A stretch of DNA of 64,000 nt from Dehalococcoidia bacterium. GTDB lineage: Bacteria; Chloroflexota; Dehalococcoidia; Dehalococcoidales; Fen-1064. The position numbers and the translations under genes were made by a program. Below, one piece after another: positions 27,616-38,281 of this stretch. Location: NCBI GenBank assembly GCA_011171075.1, contig DUFD01000045.1, positions 4,835 through 68,834 on the forward strand. The letters run 5' to 3'. The notes beneath the pieces were generated by a model. That model did no database searches and was not told where the DNA came from. It worked only from the letters and a program-made list of their open reading frames with translations. The stretch's first letter is position 1. The number at the start of each line of letters is the position of its first letter.

Positions 27616-30051
27616 ATGGCTAGGGGCAAGAACCGCCAGATTGTGCGCACCACTACCTGGTCTGCCGGGCCCGGCTGTCACGGCGGCTGCGGTGTGCTGG
27701 CACACATTGAAGATGGCAAGCTGGTCAAGATTGAAGGCGACCCGGAGCATCCATGGAACCAGGGACGTCTCTGCTCGCGGTGTCTGGCCATGACACAGTA
27801 TATCAACCATCCCGACCGATTAACCCGTCCCCTCAAAAGAGTCGGGGAGCGCGGTGAGGGTAAGTGGCAGGAGATATCCTGGGACGAAGCCTTCGACCTT
27901 ATAGAGCAGAGGCTGGGCAGGATTCGAGAGGAATACGGACCGGAAAGTGTTATCTTTTCCATGGGGACTGGCCGGGACATCGGTGCCTGGATATGCATGC
28001 TTGCCTATGCCTACGGCAGTCCCAACGTCATGTTCGCCCTGAGTGGAATTGCCTGCTACAGCCCGAGAATCTCAGCGGTAGAGACCGTACAGGGCGACTA
28101 CTGCATCCTTGACGCCGCCCAGTGGTTCCCGAAACGCTACGAAGACCCGCGTTATAAAGTGCCGGAATGCATCGTGGTCTGGGGCTATAATATCCCGGCC
28201 TCATGCCCCGACAACGTCTTCGGACACTGGATAATCGACCTGATGAAGAAAGGTACCAAGATTATCGCTATCGACCCACGATTGTCCTGGTTTGCCTCGA
28301 GAGCGGAAAAATGGTTGAGGCTCCGTCCCGGTACAGATGGCGCTCTGGCCATGGCCTTTCTCAACGTAATTATTAACGAGAACCTGTACGACAAAGAGTT
28401 TGTCGAAAAGTGGACTAATGCGCCTCACCTTATCAGAGCAGACACAGGGAAACTGCTCCGGGAAAGCGATTTGGTTCAGGGTGGCTCTCCGTCAAACTTC
28501 GTCGTATGGGATACAGCCAGTAAGTCACCGGTAGTATGGGACTCCGAACAGGTAGATTACAAATCTGCCGATTTAAAACCAGCTATCGCAGGCGAGTATG
28601 AGGTCACTCTTACCGACGGTACCAGAGCGCCTGTGAAGACGGCCTGGAGCGTATTTGTCGAGCAGGTCAACCAGTACCCCGTAGAGCGCGTATCCGAGAT
28701 AACCTTGGTACCACAGAAAGACATCGTCGAGGCTGCACGCCTTTATGCCAGAAGCAAACCCGCCGCGATACACTGGGGCGTACCGATCGATATGACACCG
28801 GCGATTACGCCGACAGTGCAGGCGATTACCAATCTGTGGTGCCTCACCGGAAACCTGGACGTGCCCGGCGGAAACGTAATATCCCGCTATGCCTTTGATG
28901 CCGTTGCCTATGCGCTGCCCGGCGCGAAGGGTGTAATCAAGCTGAAGTCTAAAGAGGATGACGCGAAAAGGATAGGTGCCAACCAGTATGGTCCGCTGCG
29001 CAAATTCATCTGGCGGGCGCAGACCGACCTCACTCTGGAGCAAATCTTTACCGAAGACCCCTATCCCATTAAAGGCATGTGGCTACAGGCTTGTAACCCT
29101 GTAGCCGGTATCGGACTTGAGCCTAAAAAGTGGGTCGAAGCCCTGAAGAAACTTGACTTCGTGGTGGCTGTTGACCTTTTCATGAACCCGACCACCCAGT
29201 TGGCCGACGTGGTCCTTCCAGCAACCACCTTCCTTGAGAAAGATAGCGTCCGGAGCTGGTGGGTACCTCTACAGAGCATTAACAAGGCGATTACCGTCGG
29301 CGAGTGCAAACCCGATATTGAAATCAACTTTGAGCTTGCTAGAAGATTCGACCCCGATTTTCGCTGGAACAATATCCACGAGCTTTTCGACGAGATTATC
29401 AAGCCTTCCGGCCTGACCTTCAAGGAGTTGCAACAGAAAGGCTGGGCTTTCCCACCGGAAGGTCATCCCAGCCACCCATATAACAGGTACCAGAAAGGGC
29501 TGCTACGCCCGGACGGAAAACCCGGCTTCCAGACCCCATCAGGTAAGGTAGAGCTGTACTCCTCGCTGCGTGAAGAGTGGGAACTGGAACCTGTGGCCCA
29601 TTACGAAGAGCCGCCTTTCACACCTGTCAGCCAGCCGGAAATGCTAAAAGAGTACCCCCTGATATTGTCCACAGGGAGAAGGTCGCCGGTCTACTTTCAT
29701 GCCGAGCACAGGAATATCCCCTGGCTGAGGGAAATAGACCCCGACCCAATAATGGAAGTCCATCCGGCTACAGCCGGAAGACACAACATTGCCAACGGCG
29801 ACTGGGTATGGGTCGAGAACTGGCTTGGCAGGTGTAAATTCAGGGCGAAGATTACCCTGGTGGTGCCCGAGTGGATGGTGATGACCGCTCATGGCTGGTG
29901 GTTCCCCGAGGAGGCCGGTGAAGAGCCCTCTCTATTCGGCGTGTGGAAATCTAATATCAACCAGCTTATCCCCATGGGTTTCCAGGGGAAGGACGGCCTG
30001 GGCTCCCCGATGAAACACCTGCTCTGCAAGATTTACAAGGTCGACGAATAA
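27616..30051 (+). CDS. molybdopterin/tungstopterin oxidoreductase, DMSO-reductase superfamily, acetylene-hydratase-like branch, no Tat signal
   Basis: 811 aa. N-terminal Cys-rich Fe-S region ('GCHGGCG...CSRC'). 'NVIINENLYDKEFVEKW', 'TPSGKVELYSS' and 'KEYPLIL' match acetylene hydratase as I recall it. Confidence 0.8.
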   Translation: MARGKNRQIVRTTTWSAGPGCHGGCGVLAHIEDGKLVKIEGDPEHPWNQGRLCSRCLAMTQYINHPDRLTRPLKRVGERGEGKWQEISWDEAFDLIEQRLGRIREEYGPESVIFSMGTGRDIGAWICMLAYAYGSPNVMFALSGIACYSPRISAVETVQGDYCILDAAQWFPKRYEDPRYKVPECIVVWGYNIPASCPDNVFGHWIIDLMKKGTKIIAIDPRLSWFASRAEKWLRLRPGTDGALAMAFLNVIINENLYDKEFVEKWTNAPHLIRADTGKLLRESDLVQGGSPSNFVVWDTASKSPVVWDSEQVDYKSADLKPAIAGEYEVTLTDGTRAPVKTAWSVFVEQVNQYPVERVSEITLVPQKDIVEAARLYARSKPAAIHWGVPIDMTPAITPTVQAITNLWCLTGNLDVPGGNVISRYAFDAVAYALPGAKGVIKLKSKEDDAKRIGANQYGPLRKFIWRAQTDLTLEQIFTEDPYPIKGMWLQACNPVAGIGLEPKKWVEALKKLDFVVAVDLFMNPTTQLADVVLPATTFLEKDSVRSWWVPLQSINKAITVGECKPDIEINFELARRFDPDFRWNNIHELFDEIIKPSGLTFKELQQKGWAFPPEGHPSHPYNRYQKGLLRPDGKPGFQTPSGKVELYSSLREEWELEPVAHYEEPPFTPVSQPEMLKEYPLILSTGRRSPVYFHAEHRNIPWLREIDPDPIMEVHPATAGRHNIANGDWVWVENWLGRCKFRAKITLVVPEWMVMTAHGWWFPEEAGEEPSLFGVWKSNINQLIPMGFQGKDGLGSPMKHLLCKIYKVDE

Positions 30052-30064
30052 GAGGAGTCCTGAG

Positions 30065-30409
30065 ATGCCGGAGAAATGTGAATACGGCCTGTTGATAGAC
30101 TACGAATACTGCACCGGCTGCTATGCCTGTCAGGTCGCCTGTGCCCAGGAATACAAATGGCCAGCGGGGATGGGAGGAATCCGGGTCATTGAAGTGGAGC
30201 AGAAGTTACCCAACGACAGGGCATACCTCACCTACCTACCCTTTCCTACCGAGTTGTGTATACTGTGTGCGCCCCGTACCAGGCAAGGGCTAGAGCCAGC
30301 CTGTGTCAAGCACTGCATGGCATCCTGTATGAAATACGGGAAAATCGAGGACCTCGCAAGGGAACTGAGCAAGAAACCGCGCATGGTACTCTGGGTACCA
30401 CGGTCGTGA
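30065..30409 (+). CDS. small 4Fe-4S ferredoxin-type subunit
   Basis: 114 aa. 'CTGCYACQVAC' and 'CILC...CVKHCMASC'. About half the length of typical four-cluster beta subunits. Confidence 0.75.
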   Translation: MPEKCEYGLLIDYEYCTGCYACQVACAQEYKWPAGMGGIRVIEVEQKLPNDRAYLTYLPFPTELCILCAPRTRQGLEPACVKHCMASCMKYGKIEDLARELSKKPRMVLWVPRS

Positions 30410-30457
30410 TTATCCAGGATATTACATCCCTTTTAAGATTCACCGGAGAATAAAGAC

Positions 30458-31426
30458 ATGTCGACAATTATTCTAGACCAGAAAGCAATACGTGACCTAA
30501 TCAGTATGCCAGAAGTCATTGGAGCGGTGGAACAGGCTTTCAGAGACTGGGCTCAGGGTAGTGGCAGCATGCCACCGAAGGCATACCTGCTCCTTGACCA
30601 GGGTGACTTCCGGGCGATGCCGGCGGCCTTGCCACAGGCTGCCGGAGTAAAGTGGGTGAATGTACATCCTCAAAACCTATCTCAAGGTTTGCCCACGATT
30701 ATGGCTATTATGATTTATAATGACCCGCAAACAGGTTACCCGCTGGCGGTGATGGATGCCACTTACATTACCGCGTTTCGAACCGGAGCTACGGCAGCCA
30801 TCGCCTCCAAATACCTGGCAAAACGAGACTCTCGTACTCTGGGTATTATTGGTGCCGGGCGTCAGGCGTATACCCAGATTGAGGCTCATATGCAGCTGTT
30901 TGACCTCGAGCTAATCAGGGTATTTGACCGTTCCAGAGATGCCACCATGGCGTTGATTAATCATCTCCCTGACTATAACCTCCAAGAGTGTTCATTGGAA
31001 GAAACGGCAGCCTCCGATATCATCTGCACCTTGACGCCAGCGCGCGCACCATTTCTGAAAAAGGAATGGATTGCCCGGGGAACACATATTAACGCTGTTG
31101 GTGCTGATGCAGAAGGAAAGGAAGAGCTGGAACCCGCCATATTGGGAGATGCGATGGTAGTTGTCGACGATATAAGGCAGGCCAGCATTGCCGGAGAAAT
31201 CAATGTTCCTGTCACCAGGAAAATCTTTTCCATTGACGAAGTCTACGGAACTCTGGGACAAATTATCATCGGTGAGAAGCAGGGCAGGACGGACAACGAC
31301 ACAATTACCGTTTTCGACTCTACCGGAGTGGCTATCGAGGACTTAGCTGTGGCAAAACTGGCATACGAGAAAGCCAGTAAATCGGGTAGTCATGTGTCTA
31401 TGGACATCATAGAAGTTTCGCCATGA
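30458..31426 (+). CDS. ornithine cyclodeaminase / mu-crystallin family NAD(P) enzyme
   Basis: 322 aa. 'ITAFRTGATAAIASKYLA' and Rossmann 'IIGAGRQA'. Confidence 0.85.
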   Translation: MSTIILDQKAIRDLISMPEVIGAVEQAFRDWAQGSGSMPPKAYLLLDQGDFRAMPAALPQAAGVKWVNVHPQNLSQGLPTIMAIMIYNDPQTGYPLAVMDATYITAFRTGATAAIASKYLAKRDSRTLGIIGAGRQAYTQIEAHMQLFDLELIRVFDRSRDATMALINHLPDYNLQECSLEETAASDIICTLTPARAPFLKKEWIARGTHINAVGADAEGKEELEPAILGDAMVVVDDIRQASIAGEINVPVTRKIFSIDEVYGTLGQIIIGEKQGRTDNDTITVFDSTGVAIEDLAVAKLAYEKASKSGSHVSMDIIEVSP

Positions 31427-31564
31427 GTTGTACAACCGACAACTATAATAAGATTTAGTTATCTAGATGATGGGCCTTGCCAGACAAGTCTTGAACCTGA
31501 TTTAAGAAGAAACGGCCCATTCCAACCATTCATGAAGCACTGATTTCGCATCACATCCGTAGGT

Positions 31565-32356
31565 CTATTGTTCTTCTGCCAGCGAATACGTTAACAACCA
31601 GTCGTATATACTGATATCAAACGGGTCATATTCCTTGCTTTCTTTGCCCATTCCGGTTAAATCATACGTACTGTGCCAGCCACCGTGGTCTACATCCGGA
31701 TAAACAGTTAATCTTGCCTCGGGTACGTTACTGAAGCCTTCTTTCATTTCAATGGCCGTCTGTAAAGGCACCACGTCATCAAAGGCACCATGAAAAATCC
31801 AGATTGGAACCCTGGCCTTTTTTGCTTCAGCCGCATTTCCTTCACCACAGATAGCTACGGCGGCCGCCACAAGACTTCTGTTACCCGTCTCAGCCAGATA
31901 CCTGTAAATACCATCTGCCCCCCCGCTCAAGCCAGTCATGTATATACGTCGTTTATTAACACGATAGTTCTTAATAATATAACGAATGAACTTGTCCACC
32001 TTTTTTGCCTGCCAGTATTTATCATGACATTGGGGACTGACGACGAGCATTGGATAAGCGGGATTCCATCTGCCCTGGCGGATTAAGTACGGCGGGCCGT
32101 GTACTAATACCAAGTCAATAACCCCGCCAATCTTGGAGCTATTCCCCTGCTCACCATCACCGTGAAGGAATAACAGCATCGGATAAGTAGCTGAAGTCTG
32201 CTCATACCCCCCCGGAAGATATATGAAAAAACCATACGGCGCGTCTGTTTTATCCAGAATGTATGAAATATGCCTCCCACCCGTATCTGGTGGTAAAGAC
32301 TTCAGGTCTGTAAAATCATTGCTCTTTACAGCCCTGAAATGCTGGTAATCACTCAT
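31565..32356 (-). CDS. alpha/beta-hydrolase esterase
   Basis: 263 aa. 'LLFLHGDGE', nucleophile elbow 'GLSGGA', and 'FHGAFDDVVP...DHGGW'. Confidence 0.7.
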   Translation of the reverse strand: MSDYQHFRAVKSNDFTDLKSLPPDTGGRHISYILDKTDAPYGFFIYLPGGYEQTSATYPMLLFLHGDGEQGNSSKIGGVIDLVLVHGPPYLIRQGRWNPAYPMLVVSPQCHDKYWQAKKVDKFIRYIIKNYRVNKRRIYMTGLSGGADGIYRYLAETGNRSLVAAAVAICGEGNAAEAKKARVPIWIFHGAFDDVVPLQTAIEMKEGFSNVPEARLTVYPDVDHGGWHSTYDLTGMGKESKEYDPFDISIYDWLLTYSLAEEQ

Positions 32357-32493
32357 TTCATATTATTCCCATCTTATTCCCATCGCTTAGTCTAAGTAAT
32401 TTCCCGTCCTCAGATTCCATACTCTTTCATTATAGCTGAGGCAGGTCGTTAGCTCTGACATCATCCGAACTAAAGCCAATACCAGCTACGGAC

Positions 32494-33390
32494 TCAGACA
32501 ATATGCCGCTGGAAAAACTGGGAGACCTGACTTACATATGTATCCGGCATCCTGCGATAGACGTTAACGTGCTCGGTATTAGGCACAATCCATATCCTGT
32601 CTTCCGGGTTATCGGAGATAGCGTGAAGCTCAATGGTTTCGTCGGCGGATATTACCTGGTCATCCTCACCATGGATGAAAAAGATTGGCTGGTCCACCTC
32701 TTCTACTACCTGAGCCGGCCTTACCCTACTGAAGTCTGCCTTAAAGAAAACACGTCCGGTAAACGCCACGAAGATGGCGAACCAGGAGGGGAGGTGGAAC
32801 GGTCCCACGTACCAATTTTGCAGGTCTATCATGTAATCCAGGAATCCACCATCACTGACAACCGCTGGAATACGAGGCTCCTGTGCTGCCACCAGGAGCG
32901 CTACTCCGGCTCCCAGTGAAAATCCCAGCAGCCCGATACGCTCCATTGGAATGCCGCGTCCAGTTACGTAATCAATAGCACCGAACACATCCCATTGTTC
33001 GCGGTCTCCCTCCGAACTGCGCTGCCCTTCGGATTCCCCGCGAGCCCGAAAATCAAAAAGCAACACGCTAAAACCGCGGTCAACCAGGTCCTTTCCCAGT
33101 CGCAAGGCCCTAATCTGCGGGCTGTTCCTGTGGTGCCCCGTACCCTGGAGCAGAATGACACACCGGTCGTCCGCGGTAGCCGGCAGATACCAACCGCTCA
33201 ATTGAACTTCATCGCCTCTGCTGGGGAAAGTCACGTCTTCCCACGAGAGCCCCAACATGGAGGGATGCCCACCCACAGATACCCTCTCAACCATGGTCAA
33301 CTTGTGGGCTACCCAGGTGGCATATGCTAGTATGACCAGCAAGACCAGGAGGACTAGCCCCGCCAATCCGAGGAGAATTGGTGTCATCAA
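32494..33390 (-). CDS. membrane-anchored alpha/beta hydrolase
   Basis: 298 aa. N-terminal TM helix, 'GFSLGAG' nucleophile elbow, and 'HGEDDQV...EH'. Confidence 0.75.
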   Translation of the reverse strand: MMTPILLGLAGLVLLVLLVILAYATWVAHKLTMVERVSVGGHPSMLGLSWEDVTFPSRGDEVQLSGWYLPATADDRCVILLQGTGHHRNSPQIRALRLGKDLVDRGFSVLLFDFRARGESEGQRSSEGDREQWDVFGAIDYVTGRGIPMERIGLLGFSLGAGVALLVAAQEPRIPAVVSDGGFLDYMIDLQNWYVGPFHLPSWFAIFVAFTGRVFFKADFSRVRPAQVVEEVDQPIFFIHGEDDQVISADETIELHAISDNPEDRIWIVPNTEHVNVYRRMPDTYVSQVSQFFQRHIV

Positions 33391-33401
33391 CTGTCGTTAC
33401 C

Positions 33402-34430
33402 TTATATCACACCGGACTTACGTACCCGCGGTTTCCGTTTAGCGAGCTGCTGCTTCTCATACCGGTCAGTGTGCGATGCCTCGAGGCTGGCGTCAAAGAA
33501 TCCGCGTCTTTTCATAATAACGCGCCTGCCATCCATGACCAGCATCCAGACGATGTGCCGGACAAGCTCATCGGGTACGCCGTCGGCAAAGTAAGACCTG
33601 GGATTCATATCAGGGTCGGCGTTTATGTAGTCCACGACGTAGAAATTACCGTCCTCGTCAAGGCATATCTCCGAAGTGAAGAACTTCATCTTGGAGACGC
33701 GAGCAATGTCTCTCATAATACGGCCCAAAGGAGCGAGACCGTGATATCGGCTCTGTGCGGGTGTGACCATCTGGTACTCGCCGTCTGAGGGGTCCCACCA
33801 GCAGGGGATTACTTCATCGATGATGTGGAACATGCGGAACCAGCCCTTATGTGACCCCAACCATTTCGGAGCGAGCCGCCGCTGTACCAGGAAGGCGCTG
33901 GAGTTCGGGACCTGTTCCGCTGAATGGAGCAAGTCTTCGTGGGAATGACCCTCGACTATCACACCCATACTGGAATCTCCCCAGGCAGGTTTAACGACGA
34001 ATGGCTCTCCCACCCGGGCCTTGATATCGTCAGTGATTTTGAAATCTTTGAGTTCTTTACGGTCGACGATGACGGTTTCCGGAACAAGTATGTTGTTTTC
34101 CAGCATGATCTGGTGAAATAAGGCCTTGTGTGATACTACACTGGTAATGTCAGGGTCGTCCACCACATAAGCCCCCTGCCGCTTGGCCTCCTTGGCAAGC
34201 ATCAGGAAGGGGTCCTCCGGGTTGGTCTGATTATTACTCAGGTCGAAGAGCACCCGTACGGCGACTTCCCTGTTCCGTAACTTCTGGAGGAAATCACCCA
34301 CCCACACTTCATCCGCCGGGAAGAAGGTATGGTTGAGCTGGCCGCACATCTCACGCATCCGGTGCGCAAAGAAGTCGTAGTTGGAGAAGGGACTGGAAAG
34401 AACGAAGTCATAGGTTTTTACCGGCATCAC
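33402..34430 (-). CDS. ATP-grasp-like protein
   Basis: 342 aa. 'FVVKPAWGDSSMGVIV' and 'FYVVDYINADPDM' resemble ATP-grasp (RimK-like) strands. Assigned by eye only. Confidence 0.45.
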   Translation of the reverse strand: MMPVKTYDFVLSSPFSNYDFFAHRMREMCGQLNHTFFPADEVWVGDFLQKLRNREVAVRVLFDLSNNQTNPEDPFLMLAKEAKRQGAYVVDDPDITSVVSHKALFHQIMLENNILVPETVIVDRKELKDFKITDDIKARVGEPFVVKPAWGDSSMGVIVEGHSHEDLLHSAEQVPNSSAFLVQRRLAPKWLGSHKGWFRMFHIIDEVIPCWWDPSDGEYQMVTPAQSRYHGLAPLGRIMRDIARVSKMKFFTSEICLDEDGNFYVVDYINADPDMNPRSYFADGVPDELVRHIVWMLVMDGRRVIMKRRGFFDASLEASHTDRYEKQQLAKRKPRVRKSGVI

Positions 34431-34651
34431 ACACCTCCTTGCCTGACACTATACCGATAGAGTCAGGCCTTCTCGGACAGAGTTACTCTTAAATTATCAT
34501 TAATAAAAAATGATTATAACATATACGTGCAATACGATAAATTACCCTCATAGCTCGAACCGACTGACCCTGGCTTACCCATAATACACAATAACTAAAG
34601 CAATTATACTGAAGACCGACTAGATGGAAAGAGGCTGCTGCCCTGTTAGAC

Positions 34652-35371
34652 TCAGTTTTCGCCAAATTCGGCAAAACGGTAACCAATCCCCCGCTCACCC
34701 AGAATATACCTGGGTTTCTTGGGATTCTCCTCCAGTTTCTGACGCAGATATGTTATGTAAAGCCAGACATACTGGTCCTCATTCCGGTACTCGTAACCCC
34801 ATACCCTCCTCAGGAGCGTCTCGTGCGTGAGAACACGACCAGCGTTGCTAACCAGATGGTAAAGAAGACGGTACTCGGTAGGTCTAAGCTTAACCTCTTT
34901 ACCCCTGACCAGTGCTCTGCGCCGAGCGAAGTCTATGGTAAGATAATCATCCACCCGTATCTCGGTCTTTGGTGCAGCGGTAGGCATCTCAGCTCGTCGT
35001 AATGCCGCCCTGACCCGCGAAACGAGCTCTCGGGGGCTGAACGGCTTGGTGATATAGTCGTCAGCCCCAAGGTCTAGTCCCTTTACCCTGTCCGTCTCCT
35101 CACCTTTGACGGTGAGCATGATGACCGGTACATTAGAGACCTCACGAATGGCCTTCAGTGTCTCAAAGCCATCCATTTCCGGCATCATGACATCAAGAAT
35201 GACCAGGTCTGGCAACTCCGAGGTCACTTTGCCAAGAGCCTCGGAACCGCTTGATGCTACCGAGACCTCAAATCCCTCTACTTCCAGGTTCATGCAGACC
35301 GCCTCAATCAGGCGCGGTTCGTCGTCCACAACCAGAATTGTTTTAGTCTGCGTTGTTTTCAGTTCTTCCAT
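34652..35371 (-). CDS. OmpR-family response regulator
   Basis: 239 aa. Receiver domain ('VVDDEP', '[13 protein letters not shown]', 'LTVKG') plus a winged-helix output ('[11 protein letters not shown]...VWG'). Confidence 0.92.
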   Translation of the reverse strand: MEELKTTQTKTILVVDDEPRLIEAVCMNLEVEGFEVSVASSGSEALGKVTSELPDLVILDVMMPEMDGFETLKAIREVSNVPVIMLTVKGEETDRVKGLDLGADDYITKPFSPRELVSRVRAALRRAEMPTAAPKTEIRVDDYLTIDFARRRALVRGKEVKLRPTEYRLLYHLVSNAGRVLTHETLLRRVWGYEYRNEDQYVWLYITYLRQKLEENPKKPRYILGERGIGYRFAEFGEN

Positions 35372-35400
35372 AACAAAACCACCAATGATTACCCTTTTAT

Positions 35401-36582
35401 CTACTGCTTTACAGCAATCGGCAGCGTAAAAGTGAACTCCGAACCCTTACCGCGGCTGCTCCTCACCCATATCCTGCCCCCATGCGCCTCTACTATAGAT
35501 TTGCAGATATGCAATCCCAGTCCCACACCCTGAACAGCCTTCACCACAGCATCTCCTGTCCGGTAGAAACGGTCGAAGATGAGTTCCCGTTCACCAGACG
35601 CAATCCCAATCCCCTCATCTGCAACGGTAATCTCTACCTCATCATCACCAATTGCACCTTTCACGGTGATTCTGCCCCCTTTCGGGGAGAACTTAATTGC
35701 GTTGTCCAGAAGATTGGTCAGCACATCGCCAAGTCTCTCCGGGTCGGCCAGGACCGGCGGGAAATCAGGAGGGAATTCGACATCTATTTCGTGTATATCC
35801 GATTTGCTCGTCAACCTTTTTGCTACCTTACGCACTTCTTTCTTTATGTCGACCACCATTCTGTTCAGGGGAATTACTCCGCCGTCAATTCGGGACGTGT
35901 AAAGCAGCCTTCCCACCAGTTCACTTAAACGGTCGCTCTCTTCTTCAATGGATTGTAACTTGTCCTTGATTGTGTCCTCGTCCCATCTGACATCAGGACG
36001 GGCAAGGGTACCGGCATACGCCTTGATGATAGAGATTGGCGTCTGGAGCTCATGTGATACGGTAGCTACCAGAGTGGAACTGAGGCTTTCAGTCCTGGCC
36101 AGCCTCCTCATATCCCGAATATTGACCACAACAGGAAGTGATGATTGACTATCTGAATGAGGCAGGGAGTACCTAATCGCCACGTCAAGCTTATGACCGT
36201 CTCTGGTAGTAAGCATCCCCTCAAGGTCATAGTAGCCGCTGACCTCTTGGAGAAGCGGACATTTAATCTGACAGAGTTTGGCCCCCTGATTATCTTCTAA
36301 TCTGAGTACTTCGAAACAATAATGGCCGATTATCTCTGTTCTGGTCAGGCCAGTGAGCTTTTCCAGAGCAGGGTTTGCTGTCAGTATACGACGTTCCCGG
36401 TCCAGTGTCAGGATAGCATCGGCACTATTTTCAAGGACGAAGTCGGCGCCAACAGTGTCCCTGGCAGATTCCGCTTGACTTCCGGAGCTGGTATCTACCT
36501 GTAAGGCTGACACATCCTTCTTTGCTAACTCTGGTGATTTCTCTCTTTTCGCCACGATACCCTGCACCCGCTCTCTAAACAA
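35401..36582 (-). CDS. PAS-domain sensor histidine kinase (soluble)
   Basis: 393 aa. PAS region, H-box 'SHELQTP', N-box 'DNAIKF', and G-boxes 'DEGIGI' and 'GVGLGL'. No obvious TM segment. Confidence 0.9.
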   Translation of the reverse strand: MFRERVQGIVAKREKSPELAKKDVSALQVDTSSGSQAESARDTVGADFVLENSADAILTLDRERRILTANPALEKLTGLTRTEIIGHYCFEVLRLEDNQGAKLCQIKCPLLQEVSGYYDLEGMLTTRDGHKLDVAIRYSLPHSDSQSSLPVVVNIRDMRRLARTESLSSTLVATVSHELQTPISIIKAYAGTLARPDVRWDEDTIKDKLQSIEEESDRLSELVGRLLYTSRIDGGVIPLNRMVVDIKKEVRKVAKRLTSKSDIHEIDVEFPPDFPPVLADPERLGDVLTNLLDNAIKFSPKGGRITVKGAIGDDEVEITVADEGIGIASGERELIFDRFYRTGDAVVKAVQGVGLGLHICKSIVEAHGGRIWVRSSRGKGSEFTFTLPIAVKQ

Positions 36583-36725
36583 AATCTAAGGTTTCTCTAT
36601 GCTGATTTCAACTATTTTCTAGCTTTATTTTATCACAGGCACCACTAGAATAGACACTGGAAGACCGTAGTAAAGACCTTCACATAAGGGTTAAAACTAC
36701 GTGGCAGGAGAGAGGAGGAACAGAA

Positions 36726-37079
36726 ATGGCTAACTTTCTTAATTCTATTCTAGACAAGGTAAAAGGCAAGCAGACATCAATCGAAAGCAACGGCCACCAA
36801 GTGCTACGCGGGGACATGCAGACATACCTGGTGCAGCAATTTCGGATGGACCCCATGGAGGTGGCAAATTTACGGTACGTGGCACGCCAGGAATCAGTGG
36901 GCACGTCATCTTTTTACGTGCGCGTCTTCAACCCCGACCAGGTCCGAGCCCAGAACATTACCGTCAGGAAATACCGTGACCTAGACAGCTACCCGGAGCT
37001 GGTACTGTTCTACGGGCGTCTCAACAAAGGTAAAGTGGGCTACCTCAAGAAACACTTCGTACCATCCGCCAGGCACTGA
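36726..37079 (+). CDS. hypothetical protein
   Basis: 117-aa ORF with an upstream GGAGG. No recognisable motif. Confidence 0.4.
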   Translation: MANFLNSILDKVKGKQTSIESNGHQVLRGDMQTYLVQQFRMDPMEVANLRYVARQESVGTSSFYVRVFNPDQVRAQNITVRKYRDLDSYPELVLFYGRLNKGKVGYLKKHFVPSARH

Positions 37080-37166
37080 GGTTCCAACAGTAAGACTAAC
37101 CAGCTACAAGCTGGCTAGGGACAATTAAGCAGTACTTATTTGTACAAGATGAAGGACAGATAGGCT

Positions 37167-37931
37167 ATGCAGACAATCAACACAGGCAACCACCGTACCG
37201 AAGGTAGCCTGATTCCTGGTAGCTTAAGCCGGAAAAAGATACTGCTAAAAAAACTGGTAAGCGAACTGGGTAACAGCTGCTCAGCAGACCTGGGTATTGA
37301 CCTGGTGAGCATGCAGTCGGACGAAATTTTCAAGTGGTTTGTGGCATCGATGCTACTCGGTGTGAACACGAGTCAGCATGTTGCCATCAGGGCTTATCGT
37401 GAGTTTGAAAAGGCTGGATTGCTCGCACCCGAGCGATTGTTAACCGCTGACTGGCAAAGCCTGATTGATACCCTGGACCGTAGCGGGTACATAATGTACA
37501 ACTTCAGGACCGCTACAGGACTAATAGAAGCGACCTGGACCCTTAACCAGCAGTATCAGGGTGACCTTAACCGGCTCCACTTCTTCGCTAATGATGAAGC
37601 AGACCTCGAGAGAAAATTACAGGGACTGGGCGAACGGGTTACGCCGGCAGTAGTAAGGCCTTTCCTTAGAGAAATGAGGGGACTCTGGGAAAAGGCAGAG
37701 CCCCCACTGGCAAAGGATGTGCTACTGGCATTGGAGAAACTACGATTGGTAGATACTACTTCGCCGGTACTTGCCCTGGAGGAATTGAGAATCCAGTGGG
37801 AAGATAGCGGGCTTAACCAGACACAGCTCTCGGTCCTGGAAACCGCCCTCACGAGGCTCGGTCGAAGCTACTGTCGAAAAATGAAATGTGATAAATGTCC
37901 TATGCAAACAGAGTGTCGGGCTGTAACCTGA
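37167..37931 (+). CDS. HhH/endonuclease-III-like fold protein (tentative)
   Basis: 254 aa. 'LQGLGERVTPAVVRPFLREM' resembles a helix-hairpin-helix element, and the C-terminal 'CRKMKCDKCPMQTEC' is a four-Cys loop reminiscent of the EndoIII Fe-S cluster loop. Confidence 0.4.
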   Translation: MQTINTGNHRTEGSLIPGSLSRKKILLKKLVSELGNSCSADLGIDLVSMQSDEIFKWFVASMLLGVNTSQHVAIRAYREFEKAGLLAPERLLTADWQSLIDTLDRSGYIMYNFRTATGLIEATWTLNQQYQGDLNRLHFFANDEADLERKLQGLGERVTPAVVRPFLREMRGLWEKAEPPLAKDVLLALEKLRLVDTTSPVLALEELRIQWEDSGLNQTQLSVLETALTRLGRSYCRKMKCDKCPMQTECRAVT

Positions 37932-38281
37932 GGTGTGGCGAGCATTGCAACAGAGACGTGTCACAAACAGAGATAGGTGTCCGATTGGGCTGAGGGTTTG
38001 CGTTCTATGCTACTGGAGAAAGGCTTCCAAATGTGCCTTCCCACCCAGAGGCTATGGTATATATGGACAACCAAAAATAGAACGTGCATTTGAGAGGTGC
38101 CAAGTGGACAATCGTATTAAGAGCGAGCGGAGACTAAGGCAGGAGGCAAGAGCTGTAAAAGTAAATTCTCTACCAAGCAGCCACAGAAACAAGCGTCATA
38201 ACAAGGTCTTACACCACATCTCCGCGAAATAGCAAGACGCCCGGGGCAGGATTATGCCCTGACAGAAAGAGAGGAGTTTCT

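Noticed and set aside
37933-38232. 99-aa plus-strand ORF between the EndoIII-like and GH130 genes
   Set aside because: Arg/Cys-rich low-complexity translation, no RBS, no motif. Likely non-coding.
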